From an uncultured Eubacteriaceae bacterium (GTDB taxonomy: Bacteria; Bacillota; Clostridia; Eubacteriales; UBA1433), in contig CALFLU010000103.1 in assembly GCA_937880125.1 (NCBI GenBank), positions 1 to 63,925 on the forward strand: a DNA stretch of 63,925 nucleotides. Reading direction: 5' to 3'. A program made the position numbers and the translations under genes. Below the pieces are notes generated by a model. That model was not told the DNA's origin. It did not search any database and saw only the letters and a program-made list of their open reading frames with translations. Of this stretch, positions 47,410-58,448 are shown piece by piece (within the stretch, counting starts at the first letter, position 1; each line of letters opens with the position of its first letter).

Positions 47410-48666
47410 TTATTTCAGAAAACCTGAATAATTTCTCATTAATAATTGCTGTTCCAATTGCTTTACGGTATCCAGCGCAACACCCACTACAATCAAAAGA
47501 CTGGTTCCCGAAAACTGCAAGTTGATGCCCATGGCATTGCCCAAGAAAATCGGCAACGTGGCAATTACTGCCAAAAACAGACCGCCTGCCATTGTCAGTC
47601 GATTCATAGCTCTTTTGATATAGTCAGCGGTGGGCGCTCCGGGTCTGATTCCCGGTATAAATCCACCGTATTTCTTTAAGTTGTTTGCCACGTCATGCGG
47701 ATTAAACACCGCACTGGTATAAAAGAACGTGAACAAAATAATAAACAAAATATAAGTAATGGTCGAGGTGACGCCGCCCCATTTAAAGGCTTCCGCCATC
47801 CATACAAAAAATCTCGAGTTGGGGAAAAAGCTTGCCAAAATGCTCGGAAACATCGTCAAAGAGCTGGCGAAAATAATGGGAATTACCCCGGCTTGGTTCA
47901 TGCGGAGCGGTATTGACGTATTTCGACCGCCATACATTTTTCGTCCCACCACGCGCTTTGCATACTGCACAGGCACTTTTCTCTGCCCTTCGGTCACCGC
48001 TACAATGGCTATGATTGCTGCGATTACAAAGACAATTGCGCCAATTAACATAAACACAGACAGTGTTCCGTTTTGCAAATACTCGTAAGTGGTCACAAAC
48101 AATGCCGGAATGCGCGATACGATGCTGGCAAAGATAATCAGCGAAATACCGTTCCCGATACCTTTTTCCGTAATTTCTTCACCCATCCACATCAACAGCG
48201 CCGTACCGGCTGTTATCGTAATGCCCACAATGGTTCTTGTAAGCAACGTATCGGGAACCAACAGGTTTCGATAGCCGATAACCAACCCCAACGCTTGAAT
48301 CAGGGCCAAACCCATGGTCAAATAACGCACATATTGTGTGATTTTTCGTCTGCCGTCTTCTCCGGACTGCTGCAGCCTCTGCAATGAAGGAATTACCATT
48401 GTCAACAGATTCATAATAATGGATGCGTTGATGTACGGTGTAATGCTCATTGCAAAAATGGTAAAATTGCTGAAGTTTCCGCCTGATACAATATCCATCA
48501 ATCCGAACATGCCGTTTCCTTTTACGATTGATGCCAATTGCGCTTTGTCAATATAGGGCACGGGAATAAAGCTGCCCGCTCTATAAATCAAAAGCATCAC
48601 AATCGTAAAAATGATACGTCTTCTGGTTTCGGGAATTTTCCAGGTATTCTTCAGGGTCTCGAGCAT
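47410..48666 (-). CDS. secY: preprotein translocase subunit SecY
   Basis: 418-aa ORF with 10 TM segments, in the conserved position between rplO and adk. Confidence 0.96.
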   Translation of the reverse strand: MLETLKNTWKIPETRRRIIFTIVMLLIYRAGSFIPVPYIDKAQLASIVKGNGMFGLMDIVSGGNFSNFTIFAMSITPYINASIIMNLLTMVIPSLQRLQQSGEDGRRKITQYVRYLTMGLALIQALGLVIGYRNLLVPDTLLTRTIVGITITAGTALLMWMGEEITEKGIGNGISLIIFASIVSRIPALFVTTYEYLQNGTLSVFMLIGAIVFVIAAIIAIVAVTEGQRKVPVQYAKRVVGRKMYGGRNTSIPLRMNQAGVIPIIFASSLTMFPSILASFFPNSRFFVWMAEAFKWGGVTSTITYILFIILFTFFYTSAVFNPHDVANNLKKYGGFIPGIRPGAPTADYIKRAMNRLTMAGGLFLAVIATLPIFLGNAMGINLQFSGTSLLIVVGVALDTVKQLEQQLLMRNYSGFLK

Positions 48667-49110
48667 TTAGACCACCTCAGCCTTTCCACCGGCTGCCTGA
48701 ATTTTTTCTGCTGCACTCTTGCTGATTTTGTCCGCCACCACTGTCAGAGGAACGTTGATTTCGCCTCTGCCCAGGATTTTGATTCCGTCATAATTATTTT
48801 TCACGATTCCTGCGTCCACAAGAACCGCTTCGTTAATTTCTGTTCCTTTTTCAAATACATTCAGCTGCTCTACATTCACAATTGCATAAATGGTTTTGAA
48901 TCGTTTGTTCGTAAAGCCTCTTTTGGGAAGTCTTCTCGCCAAAGGCATTTGACCGCCTTCGAAACCAACGCGCACTTTGCCGCCCGAACGCGACTTTTGT
49001 CCGTCTTGTCCTCTGCCGGCCGTTTTACCCAGTCCGCTGGCTGTTCCTCTTCCTTTTCTTGTTTTCGGTGTCTTTGAGCCTTCTGCAGGCTTTAATTGAT
49101 GCAACTTCAT
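48667..49110 (-). CDS. rplO: 50S ribosomal protein L15
   Basis: [22 protein letters not shown]..., with the ATG 8 nt after GGAGG. Confidence 0.95.
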   Translation of the reverse strand: MKLHQLKPAEGSKTPKTRKGRGTASGLGKTAGRGQDGQKSRSGGKVRVGFEGGQMPLARRLPKRGFTNKRFKTIYAIVNVEQLNVFEKGTEINEAVLVDAGIVKNNYDGIKILGRGEINVPLTVVADKISKSAAEKIQAAGGKAEVV

Positions 49111-49122
49111 CAGCCACACCTC

Positions 49123-49314
49123 CTATATTTCTTCCACATCCAGCATAAAACTGACTTTTTCAATCATTCCTCTTGTTTGCGGAGTATCTTCTTTGATTAC
49201 ACTGCTGCCGATTTTGCTCAATCCAAGAGCCTGAAGGTTCGCAATTTGATTTTGGAGCCTTCCGATTTTGCTCTTTCTTAACGTAATCTTCAGCTGTTTA
49301 TTTGTTTTTTTCAA
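49123..49314 (-). CDS. rpmD: 50S ribosomal protein L30
   Basis: 63-aa ORF with [16 protein letters not shown], placed between rpsE and rplO. Confidence 0.92.
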   Translation of the reverse strand: MKKTNKQLKITLRKSKIGRLQNQIANLQALGLSKIGSSVIKEDTPQTRGMIEKVSFMLDVEEI

Positions 49315-49326
49315 TTTCGCACACCT

Positions 49327-49830
49327 CTATTCCAGGATTTCTGATGGATGCTTTCCTCTTCTGCCGGCTACTTCTTCCACTGTTGTCAGTGCACGCAGTC
49401 CCTGCATTGTAGCTGCAACCATGTTGTTGGCGTTGTTGGAGCCCAAGGATTTGGTTCGAATATCCTTTACGCCTGCCAATTCCAATACCGCACGAATCGG
49501 ACCCCCGGCAATAACACCGGTACCTTTTCCTGCCGGCATCATCAGCACTTTTCCCGCGCCGAATCTTCCAATGACTTCATGTGGTATCGTTGTTTTGACC
49601 ATGGGCACCTTAATCATGTTTTTCTTTGCGTCTTCAATGCCTTTTCGAATCGCCTCGGGAATTTCAACAGCTTTTCCCGTTCCCACGCCTACATGACCGT
49701 TTTCGTCTCCCACAACCACCAAACAGCTGAAACGAAAGTTTCTTCCGCCTTTTACCACTTTGGTAACCCTGTTGATCTGAACAACTCTTTCTGTTACATC
49801 CAAAGTTGTCGCATCTATTTTTTCACTCAT
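49327..49830 (-). CDS. rpsE: 30S ribosomal protein S5
   Basis: 167-aa ORF with [20 protein letters not shown]. Confidence 0.97.
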   Translation of the reverse strand: MSEKIDATTLDVTERVVQINRVTKVVKGGRNFRFSCLVVVGDENGHVGVGTGKAVEIPEAIRKGIEDAKKNMIKVPMVKTTIPHEVIGRFGAGKVLMMPAGKGTGVIAGGPIRAVLELAGVKDIRTKSLGSNNANNMVAATMQGLRALTTVEEVAGRRGKHPSEILE

Positions 49831-49843
49831 GTGTTTTCCTCCC

Positions 49844-50212
49844 TTAGAAATTCAGTCCGGCTTCTCGCGCGCCGTCTGCAAGTTCTTTGACTCTGCCGTG
49901 ATAGATATATCCGCTGCGGTCAAAAACAACCGTCTCAATGCCCTTATCAATCGCCTTTTGCGCCACAGCTTTGCCCACTGCTTTTGCCGCTTCTTTTTTC
50001 GTTGCTTGTGCTATTTGATCCGCAACTTCTTTTTCTTTTGTCGAAGCCGCTACCAACGTTGTGCCGTTGATGTCATCGATGATTTGCGCATAGATATGTT
50101 TATTGCTTCGAAAAACATTCAGCCTCGGTCGCTGGGGAGTGCCGCTGATTTTGTTTCTTACACGGTAATGTCTTTTGCGTCTGTCTTTGTTTTTTTCCGG
50201 TTTTTTAATCAT
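49844..50212 (-). CDS. rplR: 50S ribosomal protein L18
   Basis: 122-aa ORF with [18 protein letters not shown] and C-terminal [19 protein letters not shown]. Confidence 0.97.
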   Translation of the reverse strand: MIKKPEKNKDRRKRHYRVRNKISGTPQRPRLNVFRSNKHIYAQIIDDINGTTLVAASTKEKEVADQIAQATKKEAAKAVGKAVAQKAIDKGIETVVFDRSGYIYHGRVKELADGAREAGLNF

Positions 50213-50225
50213 ATTCTACACCCCT

Positions 50226-50765
50226 TTATTTTTTCCCTGTTTTTCCTTCTTTGCGTTTGACGACTTCGCCCGCATAGCGAATTCCTTTGCCTTTATAGGG
50301 CTCCGGCGGTCTTTTTTCTCTGATAATCGCTGCATAAGCACCCACCTTTTGCTTGTCAATGCCGGAAACGATGATTTTGTTGTTTCCTTCCATTGCGGTT
50401 TCAATGCCCTGCGGATCTTCCATTTCAACCGGATGCGAGTAGCCGAGGTTCAATACAAGTTTGTTGCCTTGCTTGCTTGCTCTGTAGCCTACACCGATAA
50501 TCTCCAACTCTTTTTTAAACCCGTCTTTGACACCCGTAACCATGTTTGCCAAAAGCATTCTCGAAAGACCGTGCAATTCACGCAGCTTCTTTTCGTCGTT
50601 TTCTCTTGTAACCGTAATTACTTTGTCTTTTTCTTCAAATTCAATTCCTTGAAAAAACGTTTGTTTCAATTCCCCTTTGGGTCCTTTTACCACAATGGTA
50701 TGTCCGTCTTTTTTGACTTCGACGCCGGCGGGAATCTCTATGGTCATTTTACCTATTCTAGACAT
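50226..50765 (-). CDS. rplF: 50S ribosomal protein L6
   Basis: 179-aa ORF starting [17 protein letters not shown], with [11 protein letters not shown]. Confidence 0.97.
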   Translation of the reverse strand: MSRIGKMTIEIPAGVEVKKDGHTIVVKGPKGELKQTFFQGIEFEEKDKVITVTRENDEKKLRELHGLSRMLLANMVTGVKDGFKKELEIIGVGYRASKQGNKLVLNLGYSHPVEMEDPQGIETAMEGNNKIIVSGIDKQKVGAYAAIIREKRPPEPYKGKGIRYAGEVVKRKEGKTGKK

Positions 50766-50784
50766 GTTATACCCTCCTTACGCC

Positions 50785-51183
50785 TTACCATACATAACAA
50801 ATGACTTCGCCGCCCAGACCGCTTTTGCGGGCTGACTTATCGGTCATAATGCCATTTGATGTGGAAATGATTGCAACCCCGAGTCCGTTCAACACTTTCG
50901 GCAATTCATCTTTGCCTGCATAGATTCTCAGCCCCGGTTTTGATATTCTTTTCAGTCCTTTGATGACTCTTTGTTTGTCATCGAGATATTTCAAACTTAC
51001 CGTAATCATGCCTTGCTTGTCGTCGTCTTTTACATCATACGACTTGATATAGCCTTCCTGTAACAGGATTTCAGCTATGGATTTCTTTATATTTGAAGAC
51101 GGTATCTGTACTTTTGTATGTCCCGCATTGTTTGCATTTCTTATTCTTGTCAGCATATCTGCGATCGGATCAGTCATTACCAT
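50785..51183 (-). CDS. rpsH: 30S ribosomal protein S8
   Basis: 132-aa ORF with [14 protein letters not shown] and C-terminal GGEVICYVW. Confidence 0.97.
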   Translation of the reverse strand: MVMTDPIADMLTRIRNANNAGHTKVQIPSSNIKKSIAEILLQEGYIKSYDVKDDDKQGMITVSLKYLDDKQRVIKGLKRISKPGLRIYAGKDELPKVLNGLGVAIISTSNGIMTDKSARKSGLGGEVICYVW

Positions 51184-51210
51184 TTTTATTTGCCTCCTTT
51201 TCGGGTTTTC

Positions 51211-51396
51211 TTACCAACTGGCTTTTTTCACTCCCGGAATCTCACCTTTGTATGCCAATTCTCTAAAGCAAATTCTGCAAATGCCGAATTTGCGCAAGTT
51301 TGCATGAGGTCTGCCACATATTCTGCATCGCGTGTAAGCTCTTGTGGAAAATTTCGGTTCTCTTTGCTGCTTTAATTTCATCGCTTTTTTTGCCAT
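51211..51396 (-). CDS. rpsN: 30S ribosomal protein S14 type Z (zinc form)
   Basis: 61 aa: [61 protein letters not shown]. Confidence 0.95.
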   Translation of the reverse strand: MAKKAMKLKQQREPKFSTRAYTRCRICGRPHANLRKFGICRICFRELAYKGEIPGVKKASW

Positions 51397-51413
51397 CTCG
51401 CACACACTCCTTC

Positions 51414-51953
51414 TTATTTACTAAACGGCATTCCAAGCTGTTTTAACAACTCAAAAGACTCTTTGTCGGTCCTTGCCGTTGTTACAAACACTATGTCCAT
51501 GCCTCTTAATTTTTCGATTTTATCATAATTGATTTCAGGAAAAATCAATTGCTCTTTCACGCCAAGTGTGTAGTTGCCGCGTCCGTCGAATGCGTTGTTG
51601 TTCACGCCTCGAAAATCACGAACTCTGGGAAGCGCAATGTTAAACAACTTATCCACAAATTCGTACATCTTATCGCTACGCAACGTCACCTTTGCAGCAA
51701 TGTTCATTCCTTCTCTCAGCTTAAAGTTCGACACGGAGCGTTTAGCTTTGATGACAACAGGATTTTGTCCTGTTATTTGCGCCAGTTCCGCCACTGCCGA
51801 TTCCATCAACTTCGGATTGTCTTTGCAGTCTCCCAACCTCATGTTCACAACCACTTTTTCCAACTTCGGAACCTGCATCACATTTTGGTATGAAAACTCT
51901 GTCATGAGCGCTGGCATAATTTCATCTTTGTATTTATCTCTTAATCTGGCCAT
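51414..51953 (-). CDS. rplE: 50S ribosomal protein L5
   Basis: 179-aa ORF starting [16 protein letters not shown], with FPEINYDKI. Confidence 0.97.
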   Translation of the reverse strand: MARLRDKYKDEIMPALMTEFSYQNVMQVPKLEKVVVNMRLGDCKDNPKLMESAVAELAQITGQNPVVIKAKRSVSNFKLREGMNIAAKVTLRSDKMYEFVDKLFNIALPRVRDFRGVNNNAFDGRGNYTLGVKEQLIFPEINYDKIEKLRGMDIVFVTTARTDKESFELLKQLGMPFSK

Positions 51954-51971
51954 ATTGTCTCCTTTCGCCGA

Positions 51972-52298
51972 CTACTTGTCGAAAGTCTCACCGCATTTGC
52001 TGCATGCTCTGACTCTGCTGCCGTCTGTTAAAACTTTTTTGCCGGTGCGCACACCTTTTTTACACTTCGGGCAATAGAGTAGCACATTGGATGCGTGAAT
52101 GGTACCTTCTTGTTTAAATATACCGCTCTGTTGGTTTTCTTTTCGCGGTTTCATGTGTCTGGTGAGAATATTTATACCTTCCACCAACACTTTGTCATCT
52201 TTGGGGCTGGTTTGAATCACTTTTCCTGTTTTTCCTTTGTCCTTGCCCGCTATGACCATAACTGTATCATCTTTTTTCACGTGAAGTTTCTTTTGCAT
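51972..52298 (-). CDS. rplX: 50S ribosomal protein L24 (C-terminal CxxC...CxxC variant)
   Basis: 108-aa ORF with the KOW motif [21 protein letters not shown]. The C-terminus reads [29 protein letters not shown]. Confidence 0.95.
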   Translation of the reverse strand: MQKKLHVKKDDTVMVIAGKDKGKTGKVIQTSPKDDKVLVEGINILTRHMKPRKENQQSGIFKQEGTIHASNVLLYCPKCKKGVRTGKKVLTDGSRVRACSKCGETFDK

Positions 52299-52309
52299 AT
52301 TTTTCCTCC

Positions 52310-52678
52310 CTACAGTACTTCAGGAGCAAGAGATATGATCTTCATGAATTTCTTGTCTCTGAGTTCTCTGGCGACCGGCCCGAAAATACGCGTTCCTCTC
52401 GGCTGAAGGTCGTCTTTGATAATGACCGCTGCATTTTGGTCAAATTTAATATAGCTTCCGTCGCGGCGTCTTACTCCGCGTGTAGAGCGCACAACAACCG
52501 CTCTGACCACGTCACCTTTTTTAACAACACCACCCGGGGATGCACTTTTAACTGTCGCCACAATGACATCTCCGATGTTGGCGTATCTTCTTCTTGAACC
52601 GCCTAATACTCTGATACACAAAATCTCTTTTGCACCTGTGTTGTCGGCGATTTTTAATCTGCTCTCTTGTTGTAACAT
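52310..52678 (-). CDS. rplN: 50S ribosomal protein L14
   Basis: 122-aa ORF starting [27 protein letters not shown]. Confidence 0.98.
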   Translation of the reverse strand: MLQQESRLKIADNTGAKEILCIRVLGGSRRRYANIGDVIVATVKSASPGGVVKKGDVVRAVVVRSTRGVRRRDGSYIKFDQNAAVIIKDDLQPRGTRIFGPVARELRDKKFMKIISLAPEVL

Positions 52679-52702
52679 CTTTTTTCCTCCTTGTGCATCA
52701 GT

Positions 52703-52957
52703 TTATTTGGCTTTTTCAACAACTTCCAACACACGCCATCTTTTGTCTTTGCTCAACGGTCTGGTTTCCATAATTCGCACGGTATCGCCGATTCCGCATT
52801 GGTTGGTTTCATCGTGCGCTTTAAACTTTTCTGTGCTTTTCACACGTTTTTTATAAACAGGATGCTTTGCAACTCGTTGTACAGCGACGACAATCGTCTT
52901 GTCCATTTTGTCTGATACGACTTTTCCGACACGTACTTTTCTATTCCCTCTCTCCAT
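52703..52957 (-). CDS. rpsQ: 30S ribosomal protein S17
   Basis: 84-aa ORF with [16 protein letters not shown] and LSKDKRWRV. Confidence 0.97.
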   Translation of the reverse strand: MERGNRKVRVGKVVSDKMDKTIVVAVQRVAKHPVYKKRVKSTEKFKAHDETNQCGIGDTVRIMETRPLSKDKRWRVLEVVEKAK

Positions 52958-52973
52958 CTGCGTCTCCTCCTGT

Positions 52974-53177
52974 TTAAGCGTCCACAGTTTTCAATTCTCG
53001 CTGATGAAGAATTGTTTTTACTCTGGCATAATCTTTCTTTATTTCTTTAATACGCATGGGATTTTCCAATTGTCCCGTTGCCTGCTGGAATCTTAAGTTG
53101 AATAATTCGGCTTTAATGCTCGTCAACTGTTCCCGCAGTTCTTTATCCGTCATTTCGTGAAGTTCTCTTGCTTTCAT
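52974..53177 (-). CDS. rpmC: 50S ribosomal protein L29
   Basis: 67-aa ORF with [27 protein letters not shown]. Confidence 0.96.
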   Translation of the reverse strand: MKARELHEMTDKELREQLTSIKAELFNLRFQQATGQLENPMRIKEIKKDYARVKTILHQRELKTVDA

Positions 53178-53608
53178 TATTCTTCACCACCCACTTCCAT
53201 TTCTTCTTTGGCAATGAATTTTGTCTTAATCGGCAGTTTGTTTCTTGCCAGTCGCATCGCTTCTCTGGCAATTTCTCCATCAACACCTGCCACTTCAAAC
53301 ATTACTCTGCCCGGTTTTACCACGGCTACCCAGTATTCCGGCGAGCCTTTGCCCGAGCCCATTCGTGTTTCAGCGGGTTTTTTGGTAACGGATTTATCAG
53401 GAAATATCTTAATCCATACCTTTCCGCCTCTTTTCATATATCGGGTCATTGCAATACGGGCCGATTCGATTTGGTTCGATGTAATCCAACCTGCTTCTAA
53501 AGCCACGATTGCGTATTCGCCATAAGATATTTTATTGCCACGAGTTGCTTCACCCGACATTCTGCCTCGATGCACTCGTCTGTATTTTACCCTTTTCGGC
53601 ATTAACAT
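53177..53608 (-). CDS. rplP: 50S ribosomal protein L16
   Basis: 143-aa ORF starting [17 protein letters not shown]. Confidence 0.98.
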   Translation of the reverse strand: MLMPKRVKYRRVHRGRMSGEATRGNKISYGEYAIVALEAGWITSNQIESARIAMTRYMKRGGKVWIKIFPDKSVTKKPAETRMGSGKGSPEYWVAVVKPGRVMFEVAGVDGEIAREAMRLARNKLPIKTKFIAKEEMEVGGEE

Positions 53609-53652
53609 TTCAGTTTCCTCCTAACGTATCTGCTTGCCTGTCAAACATCCAC

Positions 53653-54300
53653 TTATTCTTTGTCTTTCTTTTCTCCCAAAACTTCGCCCCGATTGATCCA
53701 TACCTTTACGCCGATTTTTCCATAAGTGGTATCTGCTTCGGCAAACCCAAAATCAATATCCGCACGAAGCGTTTGCAACGGCACGTTGCCTTCGCTGTAA
53801 TGCTCACTGCGCGCAATGTCCGCACCGTTCAATCTTCCGGCCACATTGGTTTTGATTCCTTCCGCGCCGCCCTTTAACGCCTTGCTGATGGCTTGCTTCA
53901 TCGCGCGTCGATACGACGTTCTCTTTTCAATCTGTTGTGCGATGGTTTCCGCTACCAGCTGTGCGTCGCAATCGATGTTTTTTACTTCCATGATGTTCAT
54001 GATAATTTCTTTGCCGGTCATAGCCTGAAGTTCTTTTTTCAATTGCTCAATGCTTTCGCCGCTTTTTCCGATGATCATTCCGGGTTTCGCCGTATAAATG
54101 AAAATACGAATTCTTCCGGCAAAGCGTTCGATTTCAACGCGTGAAATACCTGCTTTATATTGTTTTTCTTTGATATATTTTCTTACTTTGTTGTCTTCGA
54201 TTAACAGATCTGCAAAATCTCTGTCTTTCGCATACCATCTCGCATTCCAGTCTTTGATTACGCCTACTCTTAAACCGCGGGGATTAACCTTTTGTCCCAT
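53653..54300 (-). CDS. rpsC: 30S ribosomal protein S3
   Basis: 215-aa ORF starting [24 protein letters not shown]. Confidence 0.98.
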   Translation of the reverse strand: MGQKVNPRGLRVGVIKDWNARWYAKDRDFADLLIEDNKVRKYIKEKQYKAGISRVEIERFAGRIRIFIYTAKPGMIIGKSGESIEQLKKELQAMTGKEIIMNIMEVKNIDCDAQLVAETIAQQIEKRTSYRRAMKQAISKALKGGAEGIKTNVAGRLNGADIARSEHYSEGNVPLQTLRADIDFGFAEADTTYGKIGVKVWINRGEVLGEKKDKE

Positions 54301-54313
54301 TCAACAAACCTCC

Positions 54314-54652
54314 CTATTCTCTTTCTTTCAGTACAACAGTAATATGTGTGGTTCTGTGGATAATCGGATTGGCGCGTCCCATTGATCCCGCCTTGTATCG
54401 TCTCATCATTTTTCCCTGATTGGCCGATACATGAAACACATATAAACTGTCAACATTCATATTATGGTTGTTTTCAGCATTCGCAGCTGCTGAATTGACA
54501 ACTTTTTTCACATAGTGAGAAGCGCGATTGTTGGATGTAAATTCTAAAATGTCTTTGGCTTCTTTCAGGTTCTTTCCTTTGATTAAATCGGTAACTCTCT
54601 TTACTTTGAGAGGCGAAATGCGCAAATGTTTTGCGGTAGCTCTTGCTTCCAT
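54314..54652 (-). CDS. rplV: 50S ribosomal protein L22
   Basis: 112-aa ORF with ATAKHLRISPLKVKRVTDLIKGK. Confidence 0.97.
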   Translation of the reverse strand: MEARATAKHLRISPLKVKRVTDLIKGKNLKEAKDILEFTSNNRASHYVKKVVNSAAANAENNHNMNVDSLYVFHVSANQGKMMRRYKAGSMGRANPIIHRTTHITVVLKERE

Positions 54653-54674
54653 TGATTACTCAGCTCCTCTCATC

Positions 54675-54953
54675 CTATCTCAATTTAGTTTTTCTGTCGC
54701 CTGCATGCCCTCTAAAAGTGCGCGTCGGCGAAAATTCACCCAGTTTGTGACCAACCATATCTTCTGTTACATAAACGGGAACATGTCTTCTTCCGTCATG
54801 CACCGCAAGGGTATGCCCTACCATTTGCGGGAAAATCGTGGAGCTGCGAGACCAGGTCTTCAGTACTTGTTTTTTTCCGGTCTCATTCATTTCCTCAACT
54901 CTTTTTAAGAGTTTGGCATCGACATAGGGACCTTTTTTCATACTTCTGCTCAT
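54675..54953 (-). CDS. rpsS: 30S ribosomal protein S19
   Basis: 92-aa ORF starting [12 protein letters not shown], with [16 protein letters not shown]. Confidence 0.98.
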   Translation of the reverse strand: MSRSMKKGPYVDAKLLKRVEEMNETGKKQVLKTWSRSSTIFPQMVGHTLAVHDGRRHVPVYVTEDMVGHKLGEFSPTRTFRGHAGDRKTKLR

Positions 54954-54975
54954 TGTTATCTCCTTGCTCCTTTCA

Positions 54976-55809
54976 TTACTTCTCGTTTCTTCTTCTTACA
55001 ATATATTGGCTGGAAGGCTTGTTTTTCTTCCTTGTTTTATATCCCAAAGTGGGTTTGCCCCATGGTGTTACCGGTGCGGGTCTGCCAATGGGCGCTTTTC
55101 CTTCACCGCCGCCGTGCGGATGGTCGCAGGGATTCATAACAACCCCACGAACCGTCGGACGAAAGCCCATATGTCTTGTTCGGCCCGCTTTGCCGATGGT
55201 GATGTTTTCGTGTTCTACATTGCCCACTTGGCCAATGGTGGCACGGCATTCTTTGCGCACTTCGCGCACTTCTCCGCTGGGCATGCGCAGCGTGGCATAT
55301 TTTCCTTCTTTTGCCATTAACTGCACAAACACACCTGCCGAACGCGCCATTTGCGCGCCTTTGCCGGATTTTAATTCGATGTTATGTACCACTGTGCCCA
55401 CGGGAATATTTTCCAAGGGCAAGCAGTTGCCTACTTTGATATCGGCGCCTACACCGCTTTCGATTTTGTCGCCGACCTTTAACCCGTTGGGTGCCAAGAT
55501 GTATCTTTTTTCGCCGTCAGCGTAAAACAACAACGCAATATTGGCACTTCTGTTCGGATCATATTCAATGGCATTAACCGTAGCCGGCACGCCGTCTTTG
55601 TTTCTTTTAAAGTCTACAATTCTGTACTTTCTTTTTTCGCCGCCCCCTCTATGACGCACGGTGATTCTGCCATAGGTATTGCGACCGCCGTTTTTTGAAA
55701 GTTTCGTCACCAGACTCTTTTCAGGCTCTGTTTTTGTAATATCTTCAAACGAAGATACGCTCATTCCTCTTCTGCCCGGGGACGTCGGCTTATAATGTTT
55801 TATACTCAT
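54976..55809 (-). CDS. rplB: 50S ribosomal protein L2
   Basis: 277-aa ORF with [17 protein letters not shown] and [13 protein letters not shown]. Confidence 0.98.
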   Translation of the reverse strand: MSIKHYKPTSPGRRGMSVSSFEDITKTEPEKSLVTKLSKNGGRNTYGRITVRHRGGGEKRKYRIVDFKRNKDGVPATVNAIEYDPNRSANIALLFYADGEKRYILAPNGLKVGDKIESGVGADIKVGNCLPLENIPVGTVVHNIELKSGKGAQMARSAGVFVQLMAKEGKYATLRMPSGEVREVRKECRATIGQVGNVEHENITIGKAGRTRHMGFRPTVRGVVMNPCDHPHGGGEGKAPIGRPAPVTPWGKPTLGYKTRKKNKPSSQYIVRRRNEK

Positions 55810-55833
55810 TATTCATTACCTCCCTTGTTTTGC

Positions 55834-56124
55834 TTACACATTTTCAAACAGCTTGATTTCTTTGCTGCCGGGGGTCAGCTTAATGATCGCCTTTTTCCAG
55901 CTCGCTCGTCTGCCTTGTGTACGCCCCATTCGTTTTACTTTTCCCTGCATGTTCATCACGCTTACTTTTTCAACTTGCACATCAAAAATTTCTTCAATCG
56001 CATCTTTGATTTGATACTTGTTTGCGTTTCTGTCCACTTTAAATGTATATTTTTTTTCTTCCGTTTGCATCATACTGCGTTCAGTAATCAGCGGTTTTAA
56101 AATAATATCGTGGGGATTATTCAT
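55834..56124 (-). CDS. rplW: 50S ribosomal protein L23
   Basis: 96-aa ORF with [10 protein letters not shown] and [22 protein letters not shown]. Confidence 0.96.
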   Translation of the reverse strand: MNNPHDIILKPLITERSMMQTEEKKYTFKVDRNANKYQIKDAIEEIFDVQVEKVSVMNMQGKVKRMGRTQGRRASWKKAIIKLTPGSKEIKLFENV

Positions 56125-56744
56125 TAGCTATACACCTCCTCGATTTTTTTCAAAGAGTCCACTGTCAATATCAAATAATCATATTTCAGCATGTCATAGG
56201 TGTTAATGGTATTGACTTGTGCCGTTTGCACAGCGGGAATGTTCTTTGCGCTGCGAATCACGTTTTCGTTCATGTTGTCAAGAACAATCAGCGCTTTTTC
56301 GGTGTTCAGTGTTTTGAGCACCGATGCCATTTCTTTTGTTTTGGCTTGAGTCAATTCCAGTTTATCGAGTACAATCAACTCATTCATATTGTATTTTGCC
56401 GAGAAAACGCTCTTCATCGCTAATCTTCTCATTTTTTTGTTAACATGTTGGCTGTAATCTCTCGGTTTCGGCGCAAAAATCACACCGCCACCCGCAAACA
56501 GCGGGCTTCGAATCGTGCCGGCACGTGCGCGGCCCGTTCCCTTTTGGCGCCAGGGTTTTCTGCCGCCACCGCGCACTTCCGCACGGGTTTTTGCAGACTG
56601 TGTACCTTGTCGTTTGTTCGCAAGCTGCGCCACAACCACTTGATGCACCAGCGCCTCGTTGGGTTCAATCCCAAATATTTCATCACTTAGCGTGACCTCA
56701 TCAACTTTTTCACCTTTTATGTTTAAAACATCAATTTTCGGCAT
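56124..56744 (-). CDS. rplD: 50S ribosomal protein L4
   Basis: 206-aa ORF with [24 protein letters not shown]. Confidence 0.97.
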   Translation of the reverse strand: MPKIDVLNIKGEKVDEVTLSDEIFGIEPNEALVHQVVVAQLANKRQGTQSAKTRAEVRGGGRKPWRQKGTGRARAGTIRSPLFAGGGVIFAPKPRDYSQHVNKKMRRLAMKSVFSAKYNMNELIVLDKLELTQAKTKEMASVLKTLNTEKALIVLDNMNENVIRSAKNIPAVQTAQVNTINTYDMLKYDYLILTVDSLKKIEEVYS

Positions 56745-56780
56745 TTTTTTCTCCTTCCTTTACGATGGACTTTCAGTATG

Positions 56781-57407
56781 CTATTTTACGGTTTCTCTTA
56801 CTGTAACGACGCTGCCCTTAAAACCGGGGATTGCACCTTTTACCAGCAATACGTTTTTGTCCACGTCCACCTTAACGACTTCAAGATTTTGAACCGTAGA
56901 GCGCACCGAACCCATCTGTCCGGGCAATTTCTTGCCTTTCCACACTCTGTGGGGGGTGGTCGCCGCACTCATGGCACCTGCTTTTCTGTGATATTTTGAA
57001 CCGTGTTTCATCGGCCCTCTGCCAAAACCATGTCGCTTAATTGCGCCCTGAAAGCCTTTTCCTTTGCTGGTTCCCGTAACATCCACATAATCGCCGGCTT
57101 CAAAGATGTCCACTTTTATTTCATCTGCCAAGTTATATTCTTCGGCATTTTCAAACTTCATTTCTCTGAGCACTTTTTTAGGCTCCACGCCTGCTTTTGC
57201 ATGATGTCCTTGCTGACATTTGTTGGTTCTGTTTACTTTTTTGTCTCCGTAGCCCAACTGAACGGCGCTGTATCCGTCATTTTCCATTGTTTTGATTTGC
57301 ACAACCGTGCAAGGTCCGGCTTTGATCACCGTCACCGGCACCATGGCGCCATCTTCCGTAAACACTTGCGTCATTCCTACTTTTGTTCCGATAATTGCTT
57401 TTTTCAT
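56781..57407 (-). CDS. rplC: 50S ribosomal protein L3
   Basis: 208-aa ORF with [16 protein letters not shown] and [11 protein letters not shown]. Confidence 0.97.
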   Translation of the reverse strand: MKKAIIGTKVGMTQVFTEDGAMVPVTVIKAGPCTVVQIKTMENDGYSAVQLGYGDKKVNRTNKCQQGHHAKAGVEPKKVLREMKFENAEEYNLADEIKVDIFEAGDYVDVTGTSKGKGFQGAIKRHGFGRGPMKHGSKYHRKAGAMSAATTPHRVWKGKKLPGQMGSVRSTVQNLEVVKVDVDKNVLLVKGAIPGFKGSVVTVRETVK

Positions 57408-57455
57408 GTAATTAATACCTCCTGATTAGCGGATTATTTTCACAAATAATCATAA

Positions 57456-57764
57456 TTACAGTTTGACCTCAATATCCACACCCGCCGGCAAATCCAATTT
57501 CATCAATGCATCTACCGTTTTTTGCGAGGGGTTGAGTATATCAATCAATCTTTTGTGTGTGCGAATTTCAAATTGCTCACGAGAATCTTTATACTTGTGC
57601 ACCGCTCTCAAGATGGTGATGACTTCCTTTTCGGTAGGAAGCGGAATAGGACCTGATACATCTGCGTTTGTTCGTTTTGCTGTCTCTACTATTTTCTTTG
57701 CTGATTGGTCAATCAGCATGTGGTCGTAGGCTTTGAGCCTGATTCTGATTTTTTGTGTTGCCAT
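57456..57764 (-). CDS. rpsJ: 30S ribosomal protein S10
   Basis: The ATG at 57764 lies 9 nt after GGAGG. The product starts [19 protein letters not shown] and ends AGVDIEVKL. Confidence 0.97.
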   Translation of the reverse strand: MATQKIRIRLKAYDHMLIDQSAKKIVETAKRTNADVSGPIPLPTEKEVITILRAVHKYKDSREQFEIRTHKRLIDILNPSQKTVDALMKLDLPAGVDIEVKL

Positions 57765-58102
57765 ACTTTGTTTCCTCCTCAAACTGTTCTGCTAGTTTTC
57801 GGAGCGATTGTCCTACACGCTGCCGGGTGTTCACCCGCTTTTTTTTGACTTATTTTGTGTAGTTTTTCATTCGCCCGATTGCTTTTGCGGACATACTCCG
57901 CGGAAATTACCCGCCGCAGCGGCAACCTTCCGCATCTTCGCATAATAGTGCAGCTTAAATAAGATATAATAAATTCACTCAAAATGCAAGCTTTTTTTTA
58001 TTTTTTACGGAAAAGTAAGCAGGAAAGGCGTTTTCGCCTATCCTGCCTAACAGATTGCTTATTATTTATACCCTATTTGATAACACATTTTCAAGTTTTT
58101 TA

Positions 58103-58438
58103 TCAAATATTTTCTTTTTCCAACACATCTTTTGCCGCTTCTTGCACAGCTTTAAGCGTTGTATCATACAGCGCCAGCATGGCTTTGCCTTTTTCAGTCA
58201 GCATTGATCCTTTCGCTCCGCACCTGACAATCAACTCAAAACCCAACTGTTGCTCCGTTTTTTTCAGTGCTTTCCAGGCCTTGCTGTAAGCCATGCCCAT
58301 TTCTTTGCTCGCTTGATTTAAAGAATGGTTTTTTTCAATGCCGCGCAGCAACTGCGCCGTGCCCGGCCCAAAGGCGGCGGAAAAATCTTCAGATGCCGAC
58401 AAGCACAACCGCACGGTTGCGGATAATTTTTTTGTCAT
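58103..58438 (-). CDS. ModE-N-terminal-type winged-helix regulator without Mop (molybdate-binding) domains
   Basis: 111-aa ORF. GTAQLLRGIEKNHSLNQASKEMGMAYSKAWKALKK...LTEKGKAMLALY parallels the E. coli ModE N-domain as I remember it (...SISQGAKDAGISYKSAWDAI...LTRYGQRLIQLY). The protein ends where the di-Mop domain would begin. Confidence 0.65.
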   Translation of the reverse strand: MTKKLSATVRLCLSASEDFSAAFGPGTAQLLRGIEKNHSLNQASKEMGMAYSKAWKALKKTEQQLGFELIVRCGAKGSMLTEKGKAMLALYDTTLKAVQEAAKDVLEKENI

Positions 58439-58448
58439 ATCGCTACCG

